DNA of 64,000 nt from an uncultured Verrucomicrobiae bacterium (GCA_963702845.1 OY969763.1:1440001-1504000); one strand, 5' to 3'. Positions 1-12,804 are shown, counted from the first letter of the stretch. Translations and numbers: made by a program. Notes: generated from the letters alone by a model not told the origin.

Positions 1-59
1 CGGTAGCACAGCAGACTCTGAATCTGCTTGTCATGGTTCAAATCCATGTCGGGCAGCCA
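1..59 (+). tRNA. tRNA-Gln(CTG), 5' end cut off by the window edge
   Basis: Anticodon arm GCAGA-CT[CTG]AA-TCTGC (11-27), T-arm CATGG-TTCAAAT-CCATG, acceptor strand TCGGGCA-G and encoded CCA at 57-59. Confidence 0.93.
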
Positions 60-61
60 CT

Positions 62-547
62 TCATTTGCACCTCCCCAGCATTTCATCAGCGTTTTTCAT
101 CGTGACCGCTTCGTGAAATTCATCATTCAGCATCATCACCGGTGCTGTGCCGCAACCTGCCAGGCACTCCACAAATTCGACCGTGAACTTTCCGTCCTTC
201 GTGGTCTGCGCGCCGTGCTCGCTGGCATTAAGTCCCAGCTTCTTGCAAAAATGTTCGCGTAATTCAGCGCTTCCGCCGAGCGCACAACTCAACGTGCGAC
301 AAACCTTAATATGATATTTCCCGAGCGGCACCTGCCGGAACATCGGATAGAAAGTGACCAACTCGTAAACATTGATCGGCTGCAAATCCAGTTTCTTCGC
401 CGTCCACTCAATCGCTTCCTGCGAAATATGTCCAAAGCGTTCCTGGATGGCGTGCAGGAACATCAGCGACGCGCTCCGTTTCTGCGGGTAATGAGTGGTC
501 AACTCATCCAGTTCTTTTTCCATATCTGGCGGAACGGCAAAGCTCAT
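62..547 (-). CDS. nuoE: NADH-quinone oxidoreductase subunit E
   Basis: [2Fe-2S] motifs CRTLSC and ECLAGC; TFYPMF motif; follows nuoD. Confidence 0.95.
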   Translation of the reverse strand: MSFAVPPDMEKELDELTTHYPQKRSASLMFLHAIQERFGHISQEAIEWTAKKLDLQPINVYELVTFYPMFRQVPLGKYHIKVCRTLSCALGGSAELREHFCKKLGLNASEHGAQTTKDGKFTVEFVECLAGCGTAPVMMLNDEFHEAVTMKNADEMLGRCK

Positions 548-1834
548 CGGTCACATTCCCCCATAACGAAATCGAGCGAGCCAAAAATCGCCACTGTATC
601 GCTGATCATATGTCCGGGCATCACGTGCGGCAAAATGCTCAAGTTCACAAACGATGGCGCGCGAATCTTCAAACGATTCGGTGTGCCGCCGCCTTTGCTG
701 TTAATGTAAAAACCAAGTTCGCCCTTCGGATTTTCCGCGCCGAAATAAACTTCGCCAACCGGCGCGTTCACGCCTTGCGTCACGAGAATAAATTGATGAA
801 TCAATTCCTCCATGCTCGTCAGGACTTTGTCCTTCTTCGGCAAAACAACTTTTCCATCCGGCACGTTGACCGGCTCTTTGGCGATATTGTCAGCGCCGCC
901 GGGCAACTTATCCAGGCACTGCTGCAAAATACGAACGCTCTGGCGCATTTCTTCGATGCGCACCAGATACCGATCATAACTATCGCCAACCGACCCAATC
1001 GGAATCTCAAAATCCAGTTCGCTATAAACGAGATACGGATGAGCCTTGCGAATATCGTGATTCATACCGCTGCCGCGCAGATTCGGTCCAGTCAGTCCGT
1101 AATCGATCGCGTCTTCTTTGCTGATCACGCCAACATTCCTCGTCCGATCAATGAAAATCTTATTTCGCGAGAGCAGCTTCTCTGTCTCGTCGATATTTAC
1201 AACGACTTCATTCAGAAATTTCTGGCACATCGCGACCCAGCCTGGAGGCAAATCACGCGACACACCGCCAATCCGCGTGTAACTCGTCGTAAAACGCGCA
1301 CCCGTCAGCGCCTCGCACAAATTATAAATCTTTTCCCGTTCCGTGAACGTGTGCAGGAACACCGTCATCGCGCCGACATCCATCGCGTAAGCACCCAATC
1401 CCAAGCAGGTGCGCCGAAATGCGCGCCAGCTCGCAGCAAATCACACGTATATATTGGCAACGCAGCGGCAACTGCTTATCGATGCCCAGCAACTTTTCCA
1501 CCGAGAGCGCATAGGCGACGTTGTTCGCCAGAGGCGCGAGATAATCCAGACGATCCGTATACGGAATAAATTGCGTATACGTCATGTTCTCCGCGATTTT
1601 TTCGTCGCCGCGATGCAGATAGCCGATGTCGGGAATCGCCTTCGTGATGATCTCGCCATCGAGTTCCAAAATAACGCGCAACACACCGTGCGTCGCAGGA
1701 TGCGACGGCCCCATATTCAGGACCATCTTCTCGCCTTGGATATCTTCCAACTGATCCGCCGGACCAGGGGAGGGCGCGCTCGTCTCTACGCGGGCGGCGG
1801 GATCACGAAATTCAATTGTTTGCGTCTGCGCCAT
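544..1834 (-). CDS. nuoD: NADH-quinone oxidoreductase subunit D, split by a +1 indel near 1400-1402
   Basis: NMGPSHPATHGVLR, GYLHRGDEK and C-terminal SLDFVMGECDR; ORFs 1322-1834 and 544-1404 join as HLLGLGAYAMD if one G is removed from a G run. Confidence 0.93.
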
Positions 1835-1835
1835 G

Positions 1836-2522
1836 CTATTTCTTCTCTATTGGGCCGGGCCCAACCGGCCCCGGTCCATGCGATTGCCCGTGCAAATGTT
1901 TATCATCATCGCGCCGCTCAACGCGCGCATTCAGTGCCAAATCGGCAGTATCGGGAATACGCACCCGCGGTTCACGCGCTTCTGCATCCGATCCACCGGC
2001 AACCGTCACAAACGGTCCACCTTCCAGCGGCGCGGGTTTCGTAAATGCAATCTCCGGCAAATTCGTCGGCTTACCTGCAAGCGGAAAATCTTTGCGCAAA
2101 GGAAAATACGGATAACCCTCCCACATCAAAATACGGCGCAGATCAGGGTGGCCGCGGAACCGAATCCCCATCATGTCGTAAATTTCGCGCTCGTGCCAAT
2201 CCGCCGTGCGCCACACCGAAGTCACCGTAGGCAACTCCGACTTCTCTTCACTAACATCCGTTTTAATGCGCAGCGTGCAATGATGTCCGTAACCGTAAAT
2301 GTGATAAACCAGCGTCCAGCGCGGATCATCCCCGTAATTATCGATGCTTGAGACGTCCACCAGAAAATCAAACCCGAGATTCTTTTTCGCAAACGCGCAA
2401 ACATCCGCAATGCGTTCCGCGTCCTTTAATTTGAGCGTAATATCACCGCGAAACTCCACCGGTTCGGAGAGGACGTCACCGAATTGTGCTTTGAGTTGGT
2501 TAGCGAGTTCGCCGGGGGACAT
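1836..2522 (-). CDS. nuoC: NADH-quinone oxidoreductase subunit C
   Basis: ADWHEREIYDMMGIRFRGHPDLRRIL and PLRKDFP signature. Confidence 0.95.
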   Translation of the reverse strand: MSPGELANQLKAQFGDVLSEPVEFRGDITLKLKDAERIADVCAFAKKNLGFDFLVDVSSIDNYGDDPRWTLVYHIYGYGHHCTLRIKTDVSEEKSELPTVTSVWRTADWHEREIYDMMGIRFRGHPDLRRILMWEGYPYFPLRKDFPLAGKPTNLPEIAFTKPAPLEGGPFVTVAGGSDAEAREPRVRIPDTADLALNARVERRDDDKHLHGQSHGPGPVGPGPIEKK

Positions 2523-2572
2523 TTGTAATTTCTAATCTTTAATTTGTAATTCTTTTGCGCTCTTTGCGGTTA
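2521..2572. repeat. short 7-bp and 9-bp periodic intergenic repeats
   Basis: ATTTGTA/ATTTCTA/ATCTTTA/ATTTGTA followed by TTTTGCGCTCTTTGCGG. Confidence 0.55.
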
Positions 2573-2577
2573 GATCG

Positions 2578-3090
2578 TCAAACAACTCTCCTCTGCATCG
2601 CAATCGCCGGTTCCCGCTGCACCTTGGCTTGCAACCTCATAAATCCATCGAGCAACGCTTCCGGCCGAGGCGGACACCCCGCCACATAAACATCCACCGG
2701 AATAATACTATCCACGCCTTGCAGCACCGCGTAACTGCGATACATCCCACCCGTGGAAGCGCACGCCCCCATCGCAATCACCCATTTCGGTTCGCACATC
2801 TGTTCATAAATGCGCCGAACGGCGATCGCCATTTTATAAGTCACAGTGCCGGCAACAATCATCACATCCGATTGCCGCGGAGAAAATCTCATCACCTCTG
2901 CGCCGAACCGCGCAATATCATAACGGCTCGCGCCCGCCGCCATCAGTTCGATAGCGCAACAAGCCAGCCCCATCGGCATCGGCCAAAGAGAATTTTTGCG
3001 AAACCAATTGATCGCAGTATCGAGGCGTGTGTGAATCACATCGCCTTCCACCTTCGAGTTATACCCCACTTCTGTTGTCTTAATTTGCAT
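2578..3090 (-). CDS. nuoB: NADH-quinone oxidoreductase subunit B
   Basis: [20 protein letters not shown] and GCPPRPE motifs. Confidence 0.96.
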   Translation of the reverse strand: MQIKTTEVGYNSKVEGDVIHTRLDTAINWFRKNSLWPMPMGLACCAIELMAAGASRYDIARFGAEVMRFSPRQSDVMIVAGTVTYKMAIAVRRIYEQMCEPKWVIAMGACASTGGMYRSYAVLQGVDSIIPVDVYVAGCPPRPEALLDGFMRLQAKVQREPAIAMQRRVV

Positions 3091-3151
3091 CGCGAAATTG
3101 CGCTAACAATTAGATTTACTAAACATCCTACAAGTGGGTCAGGCAAGCACT

Positions 3152-3169
3152 TTGTGATTTTTTTCACAA
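3152..3169. promoter_or_regulatory. Rex-type (or CRP/FNR-family) operator upstream of nuoB
   Basis: TTGTGA-TTTTTT-TCACAA palindrome, next to a TTGCCT -35-like hexamer on the minus strand (3141-3146). Confidence 0.7.
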
Positions 3170-3207
3170 GCTCTTGACTGTTGTCAGAACCGTCTGAGCA
3201 GCAGGGC

Positions 3208-4338
3208 TCAGGACGTCAATTGCGGAACAGGCGGAGTGTTGAGGGATGTCTGCAGTATCAACCGTGCAAGGCGCAACGCCGAATCCGGGCGGCTTGCAGC
3301 CTCAAGGCTCGCGCGCCAGTCGCCCCAGACTTCGGCGTTATTCGCAAAAGTCCGTTGCACCCAGTTCGGCACCTCGTAAGGTTCGGACACCGTGCCGCCG
3401 TCCAACGATTGGAGCAAATACGCGTTGCCTTCCTCCTGCCCTGGGATGACCTGATTAATAATCATTGGGCAATTCGCGGCTATCGCTTCTTGCACGATCG
3501 CGCCGCCCGCTTTCGCAATCAGCACGTGATGCGACATGAGCAATTGCGGCATCTGGTCAGTCCAACCGATGACCTTAATTCGTGAACCAAACGAACTGAG
3601 ACGCTGCGTCAGTCGCTGTTGCAGCGCGATATCCCGGCCAGTGGTGATCGTGAGTTCGCAGGTCTGATTGAGCTCAAGCAACCGCTCAAGCGTATTGTCA
3701 ACGACTGCTTTGCCAGTGTTAATGACGTAAAGAACGCGAGGTGCGGTCTTGCCGATCGGCGGATCAAATTTCGGTGGTTCAGTGAACTTGGGATTAACCG
3801 GGAAACCCAGATCCTGGATTCGATCCGCTGCCACGCCGTTTTTCCGTAAGACCTCAGCCGTCTCTTGATTAGGAACAACAAACACATCGCTATACGCGAG
3901 ATACCACGCGGAACAAACGCTGATGGAATCGGTCACGACGGTGAAGAGTTGAAACGGGCGTCGCGATACGTCAGGAAATAGCGTTGCGAGCACGTGCGAG
4001 TAAACCGGATACGTCGACACAATCGCGTCCGGCGAATGTTCGCGAATCAATTTGTCCATCGCTCGATGCAACCTTCGCGCGCCCTTCACCTGTCGCCGGA
4101 ACGTCGGCGGGTCATCAAACATTCGAAACATACGCGCCCACACCTTCGGCGCGTGTTTCACAACCAACCGATAGCCCGCTTTCATCAACGTGTTCAGCGG
4201 CCCGTACGCGACCTCAAACAAATCGATCACACGAACGTCGGCCTGTGCGTCAGTTAGACGAATCGCATCGTGGACACTGCGCGCTGCGGCGTTGTGTCCG
4301 TCACCAAAACTTGCCGTTAGAATCAGGATTTTCTTCAT
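3208..4338 (-). CDS. MGDG synthase/UgtP-like diacylglycerol glycosyltransferase (GT28)
   Basis: LILTASFGDGHNAAA, STYP, TVVTD, KAGG and PGQEEGNA motifs. Confidence 0.88.
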   Translation of the reverse strand: MKKILILTASFGDGHNAAARSVHDAIRLTDAQADVRVIDLFEVAYGPLNTLMKAGYRLVVKHAPKVWARMFRMFDDPPTFRRQVKGARRLHRAMDKLIREHSPDAIVSTYPVYSHVLATLFPDVSRRPFQLFTVVTDSISVCSAWYLAYSDVFVVPNQETAEVLRKNGVAADRIQDLGFPVNPKFTEPPKFDPPIGKTAPRVLYVINTGKAVVDNTLERLLELNQTCELTITTGRDIALQQRLTQRLSSFGSRIKVIGWTDQMPQLLMSHHVLIAKAGGAIVQEAIAANCPMIINQVIPGQEEGNAYLLQSLDGGTVSEPYEVPNWVQRTFANNAEVWGDWRASLEAASRPDSALRLARLILQTSLNTPPVPQLTS

Positions 4339-5123
4339 GCGAGACGAATCTCAGACGTTGCCAGTGGATTATCCTCATCAACGTATGACTTGGTGTGAGT
4401 TGCCATATTCAGCAGCGTCATATTGCCCTCGAAATCTTCCGCCAGCGCCGTGCAGTTCTCCACCCAATCGCCGCAATTCAAATACATGATATCGCCGACC
4501 TGCCGAATTTCCGGCCGGTGAATGTGTCCGCAAATCACGCCATCAACGCCGCTCTTGCGCGCAAATTGGATCAGCGACTCTTCGTAATCGTTGACGTATT
4601 TCATGGAAGCTTTCGCTTTCATCTTGATGTAGGAAGCGAACGACCAATACCCAAACCCGAGCAACCGGCGAACGCGATTGATCCAGACATTGAGGTCGAG
4701 AATCTTGTCGTAAAGCGCCGAACCAACGCGGTCGAGCAACCGATTAAAATGCGTCAATCCATCGAACTGATGGCCGTGGAGGACGAGATAACGTTTGCCG
4801 TTCGCGCTTTCGTGAATCGTCCGTTCTAGCAAACGCACCGCGCCAAAACTGAAACCAAGAAAGTGCTGCAAAAATTCGTCGTGATTACCCGTAATCAACG
4901 TAACCCGCGTGTGCTTTCGGTTTTTGCGCAGCAACTTTTGGATGAGAACGTTGTATTCATCGCTCCAGTACCACTTCCGTCGCAATTGCCAGCCATCGAT
5001 GAAATCGCCGACGATATATAGGTCCTGGCAATCAACCTCACGCAGGAACTCGATCAGGGGAGCGACACGGGCGTGCTTTGTGCCAAGATGCACGTCTGAT
5101 ATCCAGATAGCGCGATATTTCAT
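4335..5123 (-). CDS. metallophosphoesterase of the LpxH/PlcP-like family
   Basis: ISDVHLG, GDFIDGW, GNHD, HGH, CGHIH and NCGDWVE motifs; start chosen at MKYRAIW. Confidence 0.88.
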   Translation of the reverse strand: MKYRAIWISDVHLGTKHARVAPLIEFLREVDCQDLYIVGDFIDGWQLRRKWYWSDEYNVLIQKLLRKNRKHTRVTLITGNHDEFLQHFLGFSFGAVRLLERTIHESANGKRYLVLHGHQFDGLTHFNRLLDRVGSALYDKILDLNVWINRVRRLLGFGYWSFASYIKMKAKASMKYVNDYEESLIQFARKSGVDGVICGHIHRPEIRQVGDIMYLNCGDWVENCTALAEDFEGNMTLLNMATHTKSYVDEDNPLATSEIRLA

Positions 5124-5513
5124 GGTCAAACCTCGTTTCCCCGCGAAACTCGCGTTTCTGCCTTTGAGTTGCAACTACAGAATAACCCGCAGAAGAGATT
5201 TTACACCGCTGCCTCGTAACCGTTGCACAATTGTAACATTGCGCCCGCTGGAATGACGTCCATTGCAGCCACAGGATGCGGGGAACCCGCATCTCCTCAG
5301 CAGTAGTGATCAACGGTTTTAACCGTTTTTGCCCACGATCCCGCGCGCCGGTTTAACGGGCCAGTCGGTCCGTTCGTCTCGCCCGTTTGCATAACTCGAG
5401 CGTCTGGTATATGTATTTGATTGCGGGCCTCTCACTAGCGGTGGACGCAGCCAAACCAAAAGAGAAGCGACCGCATCTTGAATTCTTTAAAAGAATTCAG
5501 TTCAACAATTTAA

Positions 5514-7706
<2,193 letters not shown>

Positions 7707-7910
7707 ATGCGGTAAGGACGACTTCCTCGTCGTCCTCTTGCTCTTCCCCCTTACCTCCGCAAGGCAGGTGAGGGGGTCTCGATACTTCCTCGTTGACGGG
7801 GTAGCAGCTTCATAGCAAAATCGCTCGAAGCGCTTATGCGCTTTGGGCGCTGCTACTGTTCAGTGCCGCTGATTGCTCTTTGAAATCCGAAATCGCTGCA
7901 CTATAGCAAC

Positions 7911-7979
7911 TTGGACTTGCTGGGAGTTGCTACAAGTTGCGACTTGTAGCTGATTGTAGCAACTAGTAGCAACATTCCC
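7911..7979. repeat. 10-bp-period, self-complementary repeat array
   Basis: ttggacTTGC tgggaGTTGC tacaaGTTGC gacttGTAGC tgattGTAGC aactaGTAGC; internal palindrome GCTACAAGT-tgcg-ACTTGTAGC. Confidence 0.75.
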
Positions 7980-8069
7980 GCGAAAGTTTTTGGCCGTCAT
8001 TGACCCCACTGCGCTTGCTTGTTTAACCTAAGCCCACACGCCGGTCCTGTGTCCGCCCGGTTGAACCAA

Positions 8070-9336
8070 ATGAACAACAAGCAAATTGAGGCCTCCTACA
8101 AGATCGCTCGCGACCAATATGCCGAGTTTGGTGTCAATACAGACGCCGCCCTGAAGCGTCTGGCCAAAATCCCGATCTCACTTCACTGCTGGCAAGGCGA
8201 CGATGTGGGCGGCTTCGAAAACACCGGCACCGGCCTGACTGGCGGTATTCAAGCCACCGGCAATTACCTCGGCAAAGCACGCACCGCCGACGAATTACGT
8301 GCTGACCTGGACAAAGCGCTCACGTTAATCCCCGGCAAACATCGCTTAAATCTCCACGCGTTGTATGCCGAGACCGGCGGAGTTCGGGTCGAACGAAACG
8401 AACTCGAACCAAAACATTTCAAGACCTGGATCGCATGGGCAAAGTCGAATGGGATGGGTCTCGATTTCAACCCGAGCTTTTTCTCGCATTCAAAATCAGC
8501 CGACGGTTTTACCTTGGCGCACCAGGACAAAAGCATCCGCCAATTCTGGATCGAACACGGCATCGCTTGTCGGAAAATCGGTGCCGCCATGGGTCAGGCC
8601 CTTGGTACGCCATGCGTCACGAATGTGTGGATTCCGGATGGCTACAAAGACACGCCAGTCGATCGCAAAGCGCCACGCGAGCGTTTAGCCGAATCGCTCG
8701 ATGCAATTTTCGCGAAGCCGACCAATTCGAAACCACAACCTCGATGCTGTCGAACCGAAATTGTTTGGCATCGGCTCCGAAAGTTACGTCGTCGGCTCGC
8801 ACGAATTTTATTTCGGGTACGCCGTCCGCAATCGCAAGCTCCTCTGCCTCGACGCTGGCCACTTTCACCCGACCGAAGGCATCGCTGACAAAATCTCCTC
8901 CGTGTTGACGTCGCTCGACGAAATCCTGTTACACGTCAGCCGCGGCGTCCGTTGGGACAGCGATCACGTCGTCATTTTGGACGACGCGTTACTCGCCATC
9001 GCGCAAGAGATCGTGCGCGGCAGTTATCTGGACCGAGTCCATATCGGACTCGATTATTTCGACGCCAGCATCAACCGCATCGCCGCCTGGATCATCGGCA
9101 CCCGCTGCATGATCAAAGCGTTGCTCATCGCGCTCATCGAACCGACTGCCAAACTCCGCGCCCTCGAAATCGATGGGGACTACACGAGCCGCATGGCGCT
9201 TCTGGAGCAATGCAAGATACTCCCGTTCGGCGCAGTCTATGATTACTACTGCCTCAAAGCCGACATGCCGACCGGCGCTGGATTCATGAGTGAAGTGAAG
9301 GCGTACGAAAAAAACGTCTTGAGCAAACGCGGTTAG
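8070..9336 (+). CDS. rhaA: L-rhamnose isomerase, split by a +1 indel near 8733
   Basis: [45 protein letters not shown] and [11 protein letters not shown]. Confidence 0.93.
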
Positions 9337-9342
9337 CAAATC

Positions 9343-10859
9343 GTGAGCGCTCCTCTCCTTCAACTCAGCGCGATCACGAAATCGTTCGACGCCGTCCGAG
9401 CGTTGAAAGGAGTTTCCTTTTCGCTGAACGCTGGAGAAGTCCACGCCTTGCTCGGTGAAAATGGCGCGGGCAAATCAACGCTCATCAAAGTCATCACCGG
9501 CGCACACCAACCGAATACCGGCACGATTGCGATTAACGGCAACACAGTCGAAAAACTCTCACCCGCTTCCGCGCACAAACTCGGCATCGCGGCGATTTAC
9601 CAACAGCCGGCGTTGTTCCCTGATTTGTCCGCTGCTGAGAATATTGCACTCGGCCTCGAACCTGCCTCCGCGTTGCGCCGCGTTAATTGGTCTCAACGTC
9701 GCGCACAAGCACGTGAGCTTTTAAAGCGCGTTGGTGCTGAAATTGATCCTGACACCGAAGTGCGCGAGCTTTCGATGCCGCAGCAACAGCTCGTCGAGAT
9801 TGCGCGTTCCCTCGGAAAAGGCGCGCGCATTCTGATCATGGATGAGCCCACCGCGTCGTTGACTCAAAAAGAAGTTGAGTTGCTGTTCGGCGTGATTCGC
9901 GAATTACGCAAAGACGGTGTTGGCATCATCTACATTTCACATCGTCTCGAAGAAATCTTCGCCGTTGCCGACCGCGTCACGGTTTTGCGCGATGGCGAAA
10001 GTGTCGGCAACTCATGCTGTCAATGAAATCGATAAGACCAAGTTCATCCGGCTGATGGTCGGTCGCGAAGTCGCCGCGATTTATCCGCCGTCCCAATCCG
10101 CTCCGGGCGCTGCCGTGCTATCGCTCTCAAAAATCGGCTGCGCACAATCGCAGATTCACGACGTCAGCTTCGACGTGCGCGCTGGCGAGGTCTTCGGTCT
10201 TTCCGGCTTAGTTGGAGCAGGGCGTACCGAACTCGCTCGAATTCTTTTCGGCATCACTCCAGCCGACACCGGCACGATTCGAACTCAACGGCCAAACAAT
10301 CCAAATCCATTCACCGCAACAAGCGATCGATCACGGCATCGGCTACGTCCCGGAAGATCGCCGTCGTCACGGCGTCATTTTGGAAATGTCCGTCGCGGCG
10401 AATTCCACGATGAGCATTCATCGCCGGATTTTTCCCGGCACATGGTTGCGCAATAAAGCCGAACGCGATCTTGCGCAAAAATATATCCGCGATCTCGCCA
10501 TAAAAACCTTCTCGCCGGACTCAAACGTCAACACGTTGTCCGGCGGCAACCAACAAAAAGTCGCGCTTGCACGCTGGCTCGCGTCCGGTCCGAAGGTGTT
10601 GATTCTGGATGAACCCACTCAAGGCGTGGATGTCGGCGCGAAATCCGAAATCCACAAACTCATCCGCTACCTCGCCGCTCAGGGTCTCGCGGTCATCATG
10701 ATTTCGTCCGACCTTCCGGAGATTCTGGGAATGAGCGATCGCATCGGCGTGATGCGTGGCGGCACCGTCACGGCAATTCTCGACGGTAAAACAGCCGACG
10801 CCGATACCGTCATGGCCGCTGCGTTGGGCCAAACCCATCAACCCGCACCGGCCCAGTGA
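9343..10859 (+). CDS. sugar (probably rhamnose) ABC transporter ATP-binding protein, with +1 indels near 10009 and 10278
   Basis: GENGAGKST, MDEPT, LSGGNQQKV and DEPTQGVDVGAK spread over three overlapping ORFs. Confidence 0.88.
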
Positions 10860-11782
10860 AATATTTCCGCGAAATCTCGGTCGCTTTCGCGCTGCTTGCG
10901 TTGCTCGTCGCGCTCGCGATTGTCGCGCCGGCGTTTTACCAGCCGCAGCCACTTCTCTCGCTTGCCACGCGCGAAGCGCCCACTCTCATCGTCGTGTGCG
11001 GAATGGCGCTCGTCATCATCTGCCGACAAATCGATATTTCGGTCGCTTCACAGTTCGCCATCTGTAGCGTCTGCGCCGGCTTGCTCGCGGCGACGAAGAT
11101 TCCGCTCATTATTGTTTTGCCTGCCTCGGTTTGCATTGGTGCGATTTTGGGTTCGATAAACGGCGCACTCATCGCTGGACTCGGACTGCCCTCGATCGTT
11201 GTCACTCTTGCCACGATGGTGACGTGGCGGGAAGCGCTCCGTTGGCAACGACAAGGCGTGTTTGTGAACCTGCCGGACAACGTGCAATGGTTTGGGTTGA
11301 GCCAATCCTCCGGCCAATGGACGGTTATCGCGATCGCACTTGCTCTGTTCTTCGTCCTCGCGATTTGCATGAAGCGCATCGCGGCCGGCCGATTTGTTTA
11401 CGCCGTCGGTTCCGACGCCGAGGCGGCACGCCTCGCCGGTATCCCGCCGCAACGCGTCACGTTTCTTACGTTCGCCTTTATGGGTGCGCTGGTTGGTTTA
11501 GCCGCGATGATGAACGTCGTTCAATCTCCGCAGGTCGATCCCAAGTCGGGTACCGGCATCGAACTAAAAACGATTGCAGCAGTCGTTGTGGGTGGTGTTG
11601 CCATTTCGGGTGGTCGCGGAAATCTCTGGGGAGCGTTCGCCGGTCTGTTACTGCTCGCATGCGTCAGTCCCGCGTTAACGCATCTGCACGTCGAGTCTTA
11701 TTGGGAAAAAGCGATTCAAGGCATGATCATTCTGCTCGCCGTCGTTGCAGATGGAATCCGAACCAAGCGAGGTAAAGCGTGA
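10856..11782 (+). CDS. sugar ABC transporter permease
   Basis: IDISV, SIVVTLA, AVGSDAEAARLAGI and AAVVVGG motifs; hydrophobic. Confidence 0.9.
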   Translation: MKYFREISVAFALLALLVALAIVAPAFYQPQPLLSLATREAPTLIVVCGMALVIICRQIDISVASQFAICSVCAGLLAATKIPLIIVLPASVCIGAILGSINGALIAGLGLPSIVVTLATMVTWREALRWQRQGVFVNLPDNVQWFGLSQSSGQWTVIAIALALFFVLAICMKRIAAGRFVYAVGSDAEAARLAGIPPQRVTFLTFAFMGALVGLAAMMNVVQSPQVDPKSGTGIELKTIAAVVVGGVAISGGRGNLWGAFAGLLLLACVSPALTHLHVESYWEKAIQGMIILLAVVADGIRTKRGKA

Positions 11783-12795
11783 CAAAGTTCCTGCGTTCCA
11801 ATCTCGCCAAGCACGAAGCCATCCTGCTGGCCGTGGTCATCGCCGAATGGTTCTACTTCAATTCCGTCGGAGCGCACTTCGGCTCACTCGACAACACGTT
11901 CGACATCATTCGTCACTCCGTCGAAATCGGCCTGCTCGCTTTGGTGATGACACCAATCATTTTAACGGGCGGCATTGATTTGTCCGTCGGTTCGCTACTC
12001 GGTTTGTGCGCGATTCTTTTTGGAAAACTTTGGCGCGATGCCGGCTTGTCGCCGGTAACTGCTGGAATCTGCACACTGGGTATCGGCGCATTAGCTGGTG
12101 GGTTAAACGCGACGTTAATCACGTGGCTGCGCCTGCCGCCGTTAATCGTGACACTCGGAACCTATTCACTTTTTCGTGGCGTCGCGGAAGCCATCACGCA
12201 CGGTGTCGATACGTTCACCGGATTTCCGGCATCATTCCTCTTCCTCGGACAGGAACGTTTTCTCGGCATGCCTGCGCAAGCGCCGATATTCATTGTCGTC
12301 ACGATTGCCGTTTGGTTGCTCGTTCATCGCACGACTTTTGGCCGTTCGTTTCGTGCGATTGGTTTTTCTCCTGAAGGCGCGCGTTACGCCGGGCTTCCAG
12401 TGGAGCGGCGCATCGCGATGGTTTACGTGCTGGCCGGCATCGTCAGCGCGCTCGCGGCGATTATCTATACCGCGCGACTTGGGCAGGCGAAAGCCGATGC
12501 GGGCACGGGTTACGAACTTTTCGCCATCACGGCCGTCGTCCTCGGCGGAACAAGCATATTCGGTGGCATCGGGACTGTGCATGGAACGTTGCTTGGCGTC
12601 GCTGCTATTGCGGTGCTCAGCAATGGTCTGGTTCACGCGCGGCAACCGCGCGAGGTCGCGGGAATGCTTACAGGGCTGCTGTTGATCCTGGCGCTTGCCA
12701 GTTCGGTTGTTCCAAAACTATTTGCAAGGTTGCGGGCGCGTCGGCAGAACTGCGGATTTCAATCCGAAAAACATATGAAACTCAAACTTCAATAA
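11779..12795 (+). CDS. sugar ABC transporter permease (3' end uncertain)
   Basis: GGIDLSVGS, PPLIVTLGT and ELFAITAVVLGGTS motifs. Confidence 0.88.
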   Translation: MTKFLRSNLAKHEAILLAVVIAEWFYFNSVGAHFGSLDNTFDIIRHSVEIGLLALVMTPIILTGGIDLSVGSLLGLCAILFGKLWRDAGLSPVTAGICTLGIGALAGGLNATLITWLRLPPLIVTLGTYSLFRGVAEAITHGVDTFTGFPASFLFLGQERFLGMPAQAPIFIVVTIAVWLLVHRTTFGRSFRAIGFSPEGARYAGLPVERRIAMVYVLAGIVSALAAIIYTARLGQAKADAGTGYELFAITAVVLGGTSIFGGIGTVHGTLLGVAAIAVLSNGLVHARQPREVAGMLTGLLLILALASSVVPKLFARLRARRQNCGFQSEKHMKLKLQ

Positions 12796-12804
12796 TAAAC
12801 TTCA

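Noticed and set aside
1..62. tRNA 3' end as an island attachment site
   Set aside because: No integrase and no repeat of the tRNA 3' end seen in the window; housekeeping genes follow directly
1395..1410. Programmed frameshift in nuoD
   Set aside because: No slippery heptamer or stimulatory structure; a single extra G in a homopolymer is typical of sequencing error
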